From: Caldisericaceae bacterium
GTDB taxonomy: Bacteria > Caldisericota > Caldisericia > Caldisericales > Caldisericaceae
NCBI GenBank assembly: GCA_049967855.1
Contig: JBMFRX010000001.1
Coordinates: forward strand, 64,001-128,000
Direction of reading: 5' to 3'
DNA length: 64,000 bases
Part shown: in pieces, positions 56,640 through 64,000 of the stretch
Numbering within the stretch: position 1 is the stretch's first letter
How the letters are laid out: each line of letters opens with the position of its first letter
Translations under genes and position numbers: made by a program
Notes under the pieces: model-generated
Databases searched by the model: none
Told to the model about the DNA's origin: nothing
What the model saw: only the letters and a program-made list of their open reading frames with translations

Positions 56640-59349
56640 ATTAGTTAACGTCAAAATTGATGGCAAAAGTTACCAGTTTGAAAGAGGGACTACAATTTTA
56701 AAGGCATGCAAATCTGTAGGCTACGATATACCTACGCTTTGCTATCTTGAAGGGATATCAGAAGAAGGTTCCTGTGGAGTGTGTGTTGTTGAAGTTAAAG
56801 GTGCAAAAACTCTACAGCGTTCCTGTATAACTGAAGTCACTGAAGGGATGGAAATAAGTACGAATACTCCAATAGTTCGTGAAGCAAGGAAGATGAATCT
56901 TGAACTTGCACTTGCACACCATCCACTTGACTGTATGACCTGTGATGCAGATGGAGATTGTGAACTGCAAGAACTTGCATATGAATTCAACATTAAGAAA
57001 AGCCAATTTCTTGACGAGCGTGAGGCTTTTGAGTCTCCTAAAGAAACCGCTTGGGACACAAATCCGTTTATTCAATTCGACCCTCAGAAATGTATCTTGT
57101 GCAGGCGTTGTGTTGAAGCTTGTGAGAATCAGTCGATAGTCGAAGCAATTGGAATTGCTATGAGGGGATATAAATCAACTGTTTCAACTCCTTTCAATCT
57201 TCCGCTCGAAGAAACAGATTGCCAATTCTGTGGGGCTTGCATTCAAGCTTGTCCAGTAGGGGCTCTGGTTGAAAAACCGCGCGTCGGGAAGGGCAAAATC
57301 TTTAACCTCGAAAAAACCGAGACAATTTGTTCTTACTGCGGAACTGGTTGCGAACTTACTCTTTACAGAGATAAGAACAACAAGCTGATTATGGCAAGAG
57401 GAAATGAGGATTCTGTTGTTAATAAGGGCAGGCTTTGCGTCAAGGGACGTTTTGGATTTGAGTACGTCAATTCCCCGGACAGGTTAACTACTCCTTTGAT
57501 TAAAGAGAACGGCAAATTTAGGGAAGCAAGTTGGGATGAGGCTCTCGAATACACATCGCGGAGGTTGTCTGAAATAAGGGAGAAATATGGGCCAGATTCA
57601 ATTGGAGTGCTCGGCTCATCAAGGTGCACAAACGAGGACAACTATGTGGTGCAGAAATTCGCAAGAGCTGTTATTGGTACAAATAACGTTGATAACTGTG
57701 CAAGGTTATGCCATTCTTCCACTATTGCTGGTCTTGGAAAGGCACTTGGTGCTGCAGCTGCAACAAACCCAATTGAGGATATTGCAAATATCGATGTAAT
57801 GTTTGTGATTGGTTCTAATATGACTGAGACTCACCCAGTGATTTCGCAATTTATCAAAGAGAATCAGAAGAAACGTGGAGCGAAGCTCATCGTCTGTGAT
57901 CCAAGGAAAACCTATCTTTCGACTGTTTCTGATGTGTACATTCAGCATAACCCTGGGACGGATGTGGCACTGCTGAACGGTATTATGAAAGTCATTGTAG
58001 ACAAGGGGTTGCTTAATAGAGAATTTATTGAGTCTCATACTGAAGGATATGATGAATTTGTCAAAGTAGTGTCAAATTACGACCTTGATACTGTCGCCAA
58101 AATAACAGGGGTGGACAAGTCTCTGATTGAGAAGGCTGCAATTATGTATGCTGAAGCAAAGAATGCGACCATTTTCTATACTATGGGCATTACACAGCAC
58201 TCCGTAGGCACTGATAATGTACTGAGTGTCGCAAACTTGGCGCTCTTAACAGGACATATTGGTCGCGAGGGTAATGGGATTAACCCATTAAGAGGCCAGG
58301 CAAATGTGCAAGGAGCTTGTGACATGGGAGCACTTCCTGATGTGTACACTGCTTACCAAAAAGTTACCGATGCGGCTTCCAGGGAGAAATTTGAAAAAGC
58401 ATGGAATGTAAAATTGCCTGACAAGGTCGGATACGCTGTCAGTGAGTTTGGTGACCTTGCCTTTGATGGAAAATTGAAAGCAGTCTATGCTATGGGCGAG
58501 AATCCTCTTATGACAGAAGCAGACATAAAGCATGTTAGAGAAGGTTTTGAGAAGCTGGAGTTTCTTGCTATTCAGGAAATTTTCCTCTCCGAAACAGCTG
58601 AGCTTGCAGATGTAATTTTCCCTGCGGCTGCTGCCTACGAGAAAGAAGGGACTTTTACAAATACCGAGCGAAGAGTACAGCTTCTGAGGCCTGCTTTAGA
58701 GAAGCCATCCAATGCAAAGTTTGATTGGGAAATTGTTTCTCTTCTTGCAGCAAAGATGGGTTATCAAATGAACTACAAAAAAGCCTCTGATATTATGGAC
58801 GAAATAGCTTTGCTTTCACCATCTTATGCTGGCATTCACCACTATAGACTCGAAAAAGGCGGAATTCAGTGGCCTTGTCCCAACGATGAACATCCTGGAA
58901 CAAAGATATTGCACTATGGCGGTGTATTTAAGAGACCAAACGGAAAAGCTCTAATGAACCCTGTTGAATACAAAGAGGCAAAAGAGCTCCCTGATAAAGA
59001 ATATCCGCTTGTTCTTACTACTGGAAGGATTCTCTACCACTATCATTCTGGGAATGAATCGAGAAGAGTTGAAGTGCTTGAAGCTTTTGTACCAAAGAAT
59101 TATGTTGAGATAAGTCCTTTAGACGCTAACAACCTTGGAATTAAGGATAGGGACGTTGTAAGAGTGTCAACCAGACGCGGAAGCATAGAGGTTGAAGCTC
59201 GTATCTCTGAAAAGCCCAAGAAGGGGATTGTATTTGTCAGTTTCCATTTTAGCGAAGCAAATGCTAATGTTTTGACTAACGCAGCACTTGACCCTATTGC
59301 AAAGATACCAGAATTTAAAGTAGCAGCTTGTAAAATTGAGAAAATTTAA
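56632..59349 (+). CDS. fdhF: Mo/W-bis-PGD formate dehydrogenase alpha subunit (Cys-type)
   Basis: NuoG-like FeS N-terminus, CSYCGTGC, NCARLCH, LRGQANVQG, GTFTNTERRVQ. Confidence 0.93.
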   Translation: MSELVNVKIDGKSYQFERGTTILKACKSVGYDIPTLCYLEGISEEGSCGVCVVEVKGAKTLQRSCITEVTEGMEISTNTPIVREARKMNLELALAHHPLDCMTCDADGDCELQELAYEFNIKKSQFLDEREAFESPKETAWDTNPFIQFDPQKCILCRRCVEACENQSIVEAIGIAMRGYKSTVSTPFNLPLEETDCQFCGACIQACPVGALVEKPRVGKGKIFNLEKTETICSYCGTGCELTLYRDKNNKLIMARGNEDSVVNKGRLCVKGRFGFEYVNSPDRLTTPLIKENGKFREASWDEALEYTSRRLSEIREKYGPDSIGVLGSSRCTNEDNYVVQKFARAVIGTNNVDNCARLCHSSTIAGLGKALGAAAATNPIEDIANIDVMFVIGSNMTETHPVISQFIKENQKKRGAKLIVCDPRKTYLSTVSDVYIQHNPGTDVALLNGIMKVIVDKGLLNREFIESHTEGYDEFVKVVSNYDLDTVAKITGVDKSLIEKAAIMYAEAKNATIFYTMGITQHSVGTDNVLSVANLALLTGHIGREGNGINPLRGQANVQGACDMGALPDVYTAYQKVTDAASREKFEKAWNVKLPDKVGYAVSEFGDLAFDGKLKAVYAMGENPLMTEADIKHVREGFEKLEFLAIQEIFLSETAELADVIFPAAAAYEKEGTFTNTERRVQLLRPALEKPSNAKFDWEIVSLLAAKMGYQMNYKKASDIMDEIALLSPSYAGIHHYRLEKGGIQWPCPNDEHPGTKILHYGGVFKRPNGKALMNPVEYKEAKELPDKEYPLVLTTGRILYHYHSGNESRRVEVLEAFVPKNYVEISPLDANNLGIKDRDVVRVSTRRGSIEVEARISEKPKKGIVFVSFHFSEANANVLTNAALDPIAKIPEFKVAACKIEKI

Positions 59350-59365
59350 TACAAAGGAGGCAAAA

Positions 59366-60220
59366 ATGAATGAGATGAATCTCTTTCCACCAGCTCAAAT
59401 AGCTGAGAAACTGAGAGATGTATGTGTTGGAAAATGCAAGATTCCTATGAAGAAGTTTTTTGTCCTGGCAATTCTTGCAGGTGCGTTTATTGCTTTTGGA
59501 GGTGAATTGTCAATTCTGGTTGGCTCTGACGCCTCACTCGGGTTTGGTTTTACCAAGTTCCTTGCAGCAAGCGTATTTACTGTTGGTCTCATTTTAGTTG
59601 TTGTTGCTGGGGCAGAGCTTTTTACGGGGGATAACCTCATAGTAATCTCAGCTCTGGATAAGAAAATCCGATGGAGCGAATTGCTTAAGGCCTGGGTTGC
59701 CGTATACATCGGCAACTTCATTGGCTCTCTGCTTATTGCTGCGTTTCTCTTCTGGGGAGGAACATGGTCATTGAATTCAAACGCAGTAGGAGCGGCGGCA
59801 CTGAAGATAGCAAGTGCAAAAGTGAGTATTCCTTTCTGGCAGGCATTCTTCAGAGGAATACTCTGTAATTGGTTAGTGTGCCTTGCTGTATGGATGGCAA
59901 CATCCTCAAAAGATGTTATAGGAAAGATATTTGCAATCTATTTTCCTATTATGGCTTTTGTTGCTTCAGGTTTTGAGCACTCTGTTGCAAATATGTTTTT
60001 CATTCCTTACGGAATTTTCTTGAAAAGTGTACCCAAAGTTGTCGAAGCAACAGGCAAAACTCTTGCAGACTTTGCTAATCTGAATTGGGGAACACTTTTT
60101 ACAATGAACCTGATACCTGTTACGCTTGGTAATATAATAGGCGGAGCGTTCTTTGTGGGGGCTATATACTGGTATGTGTATCTGAGGAAGGAGCCAGAAA
60201 CTTTTGAACCCAAAAAATAA
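59366..60220 (+). CDS. Formate/nitrite transporter (FocA/FdhC family)
   Basis: GAELFTG, GNFIG, GILCNWLVC, GFEHSVANM, GNIIGG. Confidence 0.94.
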   Translation: MNEMNLFPPAQIAEKLRDVCVGKCKIPMKKFFVLAILAGAFIAFGGELSILVGSDASLGFGFTKFLAASVFTVGLILVVVAGAELFTGDNLIVISALDKKIRWSELLKAWVAVYIGNFIGSLLIAAFLFWGGTWSLNSNAVGAAALKIASAKVSIPFWQAFFRGILCNWLVCLAVWMATSSKDVIGKIFAIYFPIMAFVASGFEHSVANMFFIPYGIFLKSVPKVVEATGKTLADFANLNWGTLFTMNLIPVTLGNIIGGAFFVGAIYWYVYLRKEPETFEPKK

Positions 60221-60851
60221 TTCCTACAAAGATAAGTTGCGTTCAAAGAAAGTAAAACCTGTTATCCTTGTTGGTGGCAAGAGCAGGCGCTTTGGGCGCG
60301 ACAAGTTTTATCTTGAATTTAATGGGAGATTAGTCATAGAAAGGACGTATTCTTTGCTTAAGCGGGTCTTCAACGAAGAGCCTCTGTTTGTAGGAAGAGA
60401 GGCTCTTCCACCTCCTTTTATTTCTATCCCCGATGTTACGATAGGACTGGGTCCGATAGGAGGGCTTTATACTGCGTTAGACTGTGTTGATGCAGATTTT
60501 GTCTTCTTGACTGCCTGCGATATGCCTCTTATAAATGAAGATGTCTTGCGATATATGTTCAACAACCTGAATTCAAATTGCCAGGTTTATCTCCCGCGAT
60601 TTAGAAACGGTATGATTGAGCCACTTTTTGCATTCTATAGTGTTGGGCTTAAGTACAAGGTTAAGCGTAGCATTGAAGCAAGAGACTTTAGAATGCGGTC
60701 ATTGCTTGAAGGAAGCCTGGTGGAATATCTCGATGAAAGCGAGATTAAATCTATTGACGAAGAGCTACTGAGTTTCCTAAATATTAACACCAAAAACGAC
60801 CTTGATAAGATTATCGGTAAATTGCATTGTGAAAGAAATAGAGATTATTAG
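60204..60851 (+). CDS. mobA: Molybdenum cofactor guanylyltransferase
   Basis: ILVGGKSRRFGRDK, GPIGG, ACDMP, NINT; start uncertain. Confidence 0.9.
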   Translation: MNPKNNSYKDKLRSKKVKPVILVGGKSRRFGRDKFYLEFNGRLVIERTYSLLKRVFNEEPLFVGREALPPPFISIPDVTIGLGPIGGLYTALDCVDADFVFLTACDMPLINEDVLRYMFNNLNSNCQVYLPRFRNGMIEPLFAFYSVGLKYKVKRSIEARDFRMRSLLEGSLVEYLDESEIKSIDEELLSFLNINTKNDLDKIIGKLHCERNRDY

Positions 60852-61512
60852 GTTTGAGAATGGTATTTTTCAAAAACGTAAAGACTCAGTGGTGAGAGAA
60901 AGGATTCTAAATATTTTTGTGGGTGGAGAATTCTTGAACTCTATCATCTATTCGTCGGGATTCTCCAAGGAGCTTCTTTTTGGATACTTATACCTTGAAG
61001 GGCTTATCAATTCGGTTCACGATGTAACCGAATACAGAGAAACAGAAAGTGAATATTCCGTTAATTACTTCGTTGAAGTTAGAAAGTCGGAGATTGCCTC
61101 AATAAGCAAAGAAAGGATTACAGTGAACAGGAACACCCTGTTTAGCTTAATGGAAGAACTCCTGTCGAAAGGAGAAATATTCTCAAAAACTGGTGGCACG
61201 CATATCGCAGGATTAGCTGAAGATAACAAATTAAGTGTTTATTTCGAAGATATATCCCGACGAAGTGCAATACAGAAGTGCGTTGGTTTTTCAATCCTAA
61301 ACAAGCTAAGGCCTGACTTTCTTTTTCTAAGCGGAAGGGTTGGTTTTAATACGGTGCTTTATGCTAAACGTGCAGGTATAAATTTCATAGTCTCGCAATC
61401 ATCTGCCTCCGATCTTGCTATCAGGACAGCCACAAGTGAGGGTATAACGCTAATTGGTTTCCTGCGCGGAAAACGTTTCAATATTTATTCTCACGCTGAA
61501 TACGTTGAATAA
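60829..61512 (+). CDS. fdhD: Formate dehydrogenase accessory protein FdhD, short and lacking the CxxC loop
   Basis: GYLYLEG, TGGTH, EDISR, SGRV, TLIGFLR. Confidence 0.85.
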   Translation: MKEIEIIRFENGIFQKRKDSVVRERILNIFVGGEFLNSIIYSSGFSKELLFGYLYLEGLINSVHDVTEYRETESEYSVNYFVEVRKSEIASISKERITVNRNTLFSLMEELLSKGEIFSKTGGTHIAGLAEDNKLSVYFEDISRRSAIQKCVGFSILNKLRPDFLFLSGRVGFNTVLYAKRAGINFIVSQSSASDLAIRTATSEGITLIGFLRGKRFNIYSHAEYVE

Positions 61513-61681
61513 GTTTAGCTTAAATTCAATTACGCGAACTATTTTTAGTTGCTATTTTTGAACCACATTGTATGGAATTACTTGCCTTTGAGCCTTGTAT
61601 AAACTTTATAGTGAGTTTTATCTAAAACATTTTAACTGTTTTTATAGTGAAGAAGCAACATTCTTTTTTTAGGTTTTGAGG

Positions 61682-62809
61682 CTATCTCATAATCAGGTAG
61701 TATACATCTTTAAGATCGTTTGGAAGGATAACTGATTTTCTATCTGAAGTATGTGCACAATACAGAGTTGTGTAGCCATCATTTTCAACAATTACTATAG
61801 CATGGTCTGGTGAATCATTGCTGTTCCAATCAATCAATGCAATTGTCCCAGGAATTGACACCACTCTCGCTTCTGAAACCGAAGCATAGTATGTGGTGAC
61901 AAATGAAAATAAATCTATCCCGCCTTCTTCTCCGTCAGTAAAGTCAACGTAGTTCCAAGCAACTGCAGATGGATTCCAGGTGCTGCTGTATGGAACTCCT
62001 CCTGCGTGGAGTGACTGCGATGCGTAGTTTGCGCAATCATAACCTACTGCGAATTCATATTCTTGATTGTAAAACGCTGTGTCTTGATTTGTAGGGTCAC
62101 CTTCACAGCATATCTTGTTTGTGTTGGATGTATATGTCTTTGCATATTCTGAAGCTTTCTCTCCGCTATAGTTAATCCCTGACAGCCCTGTTTTAGCAAT
62201 GGTAAGCATAAGAGAAGATAGTGCATTGTTCATTTCTGATTTAATTTCTGCATCTGAAGGCAACTTCAAAGCGCTTTCTATTGTTTCATACATTCCACCT
62301 CTTGGTGTTTCTGCCAGCATTTCAATTTTGCCATCTTTATATTCGACTTTGATTCTGATGTATGCTTCAAGCCCGTCCTTGATGTATCTCTCAATTGCCG
62401 ACCTATAATTTGCTTCATAGTTGTTAATAAAAGACTCTTCCACAGGCAGCAACTGATTATTTTTCTTAAAATTCTCAATTGCCAAAATGACAGGATGAAG
62501 TGAGGAGTTTTTGATTTTTAGCTTCAGATTCAAATTTACCAGCACTACTAGATTGTACGAATTACCGTCTGTCTCGAAGCTCTCTTTATTGAGAGAGACA
62601 CTTGCTGTGTATATTGGGCTGTAATGTGCAATAAGGTAATTCTTCACATAATCTTCAAGGTAATTCTCGTCAACCTCTTCAAATTGCAAGGTATGGTTAT
62701 CTGCAGGAGAATCTCCCTCCAGAGTGCTGTTGTGGAAAATGATTCCTGTTCCTCCAAGAACAAGAGTCATTATTATAGTAATTATTAGAGAAATATTTAG
62801 TTTCTTCAT
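61682..62809 (-). CDS. Secreted putative amidase (Amidase_6-like, Cys/His)
   Basis: Signal/TM; YSGEKASEYA, DCANYASQSLHAGG, DHAIV, CAHTSDR. Confidence 0.8.
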   Translation of the reverse strand: MKKLNISLIITIIMTLVLGGTGIIFHNSTLEGDSPADNHTLQFEEVDENYLEDYVKNYLIAHYSPIYTASVSLNKESFETDGNSYNLVVLVNLNLKLKIKNSSLHPVILAIENFKKNNQLLPVEESFINNYEANYRSAIERYIKDGLEAYIRIKVEYKDGKIEMLAETPRGGMYETIESALKLPSDAEIKSEMNNALSSLMLTIAKTGLSGINYSGEKASEYAKTYTSNTNKICCEGDPTNQDTAFYNQEYEFAVGYDCANYASQSLHAGGVPYSSTWNPSAVAWNYVDFTDGEEGGIDLFSFVTTYYASVSEARVVSIPGTIALIDWNSNDSPDHAIVIVENDGYTTLYCAHTSDRKSVILPNDLKDVYYLIMR

Positions 62810-62895
62810 TAAATTTAATTATAATAAACAATAGTGTATAAAATATGAAGAGAGTTTTGCTTTAAGTTATTCGAAATGTTAGTATAATATTAAAT

Positions 62896-63771
62896 ATGGA
62901 AATATACCACACGCCGGTTTTGTTGGAAGAAAGCATCGAACTGTTAAACATAGCAAGAGGAAACACTGTATTAGATGCAACAGTAGGAGAAGGCGGGCAC
63001 AGCGTTGAGTTGCTTAAGCGAATTGGACCAGAAGGCCTCCTTGTTGGGATTGACCTTGATACCGAAGGCCTCAAAAAAGCTTCGAGCCGCCTAAGAGAAA
63101 TCGGAAACAACTTTGTACTGATAGAAGGTAACTTCCGTGACTTAATAGTTAATATTAAACCTATAGTGTCTCGGGTCGACGCAATTATAGCAGATTTAGG
63201 TTTATCGTCTCTACAGCTTGAAGAAGGATACAGAGGTTTTAGTTTTATGAAGGAAGGCCCTCTCGATATGAGAATGTGTCCCCCGTGCACACGTTGCTCA
63301 GCGTACGATGTTGTTAACAGCTTTAAAGAAGATGAAATTGCGGATATACTTTTCTATTACGGCGAAGAATTAAATGCAAGGAAAATAGCAAATAGAATTG
63401 TTTCCGAGCGTAAGATTGCACCAATTGCAACCACAACACAGCTTTCAGAACTTGTAAAAGGCGTTTTTCCTAGAAGCTACTACAGAATTAATCCTGCAAC
63501 AAAGACGTTTCAAGCATTGAGGATTTTTGTAAACGGAGAAATTGATAATCTCAAACGTTTCCTGAAAGATGCGCCAGATGTTTTAATTTCAAAGGGACGT
63601 ATTGCAGTTATTTCATATCATTCCCTTGAAGATAGGCTTGTTAAGGAAGCATTCAGAAATGATTCCAGGTTAAGCAGAATAAATAAGCACGTAATAGTTC
63701 CAGGAAAGGAAGAAGTGCTTGCAAATAGAAGGTCGCGAAGCGCAAAATTGAGGGTTGCCGAAAAAGTATGA
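62896..63771 (+). CDS. rsmH: 16S rRNA m4C1402 methyltransferase
   Basis: HTPVLL, DATVGEGGHS, DLGLSS, LDMRM, SYHSLEDR, RSRSAKLR. Confidence 0.96.
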   Translation: MEIYHTPVLLEESIELLNIARGNTVLDATVGEGGHSVELLKRIGPEGLLVGIDLDTEGLKKASSRLREIGNNFVLIEGNFRDLIVNIKPIVSRVDAIIADLGLSSLQLEEGYRGFSFMKEGPLDMRMCPPCTRCSAYDVVNSFKEDEIADILFYYGEELNARKIANRIVSERKIAPIATTTQLSELVKGVFPRSYYRINPATKTFQALRIFVNGEIDNLKRFLKDAPDVLISKGRIAVISYHSLEDRLVKEAFRNDSRLSRINKHVIVPGKEEVLANRRSRSAKLRVAEKV

Positions 63772-64000
63772 AGAAAAATGTTGTTTTAATTTTTGTGGTT
63801 TTGGTTTTATTCTTGTGCTATGGAGCGGTTTATCTTTCTACCGTAAGATTGCAGAGACAGCTTGATGCAATTAATAAACAATTAGACTCTCTTTCTTTTG
63901 AACAAGAGGCTTTGAGAGAACAATTGTTTTACTATTCGTCTCCTGAGAGAATAAATGAGATTGCAACCAAAAAACTGGGAATGATTGCTCCCAAGAATTT
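63768..64000 (+). CDS. ftsL: Cell division protein FtsL-like, 3'-truncated
   Basis: TM + coiled coil + SSPERINEIATKKLGM, overlapping rsmH stop. Confidence 0.75.
   Translation, partial: MKKNVVLIFVVLVLFLCYGAVYLSTVRLQRQLDAINKQLDSLSFEQEALREQLFYYSSPERINEIATKKLGMIAPKN

Noticed and set aside
57690..57720. Selenocysteine/SECIS in FDH
   Set aside because: The active site reads NCARLCH with a TGC codon, and the ORF has no in-frame TGA.

Overview
AT-rich chromosomal window of an anaerobic bacterium. A Caldisericia-like origin is inferred from gene content and a copper-amine-oxidase 'stalk' domain fragment; this was not verified. Most of the window is housekeeping: gyrA 3' part, rplU-rpmA-obgE-nadD, class II photolyase, groESL with CIRCE, 9 tRNAs, Na+-type membrane PPase, dprA-trmFO, udk, rpsF-ssb-rpsR-rplI-dnaB-tsaEB-rimI-tsaD, rsmA, valS-folC and rsmH-ftsL. 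Five parts stand out. (1) An energy-metabolism island at 39.5-61.5 kb has an Rnf complex with a single-cluster RnfB. It also carries a hydrogenase-type gene set with no hydrogenase catalytic subunit, feeding into a Mo/W formate dehydrogenase through two different NuoE/NuoF pairs; one NuoF has bifurcating-type and the other non-bifurcating-type motifs, and both lack the C-terminal ferredoxin domain. (2) A GGDEF-(pseudo)STAND-TPR protein sits inside that island. (3) A ~4 kb phage/satellite remnant lies next to tRNA-Leu, with an autocleaving repressor, three GAAC-N4-GTTY boxes at its promoters, a lambda-O-like initiator with five internal iterons, a broken DnaC-like gene and a two-piece sigma-70-like gene pair. 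(4) There is a DUF4388-MglB-MglA module and an unannotated 38-aa histone-H1-like ORF. (5) Across the window, housekeeping-type promoters mostly have 16-bp rather than 17-bp spacers, and several genes look leaderless. All calls come from reading motifs by eye; no database searches were run.
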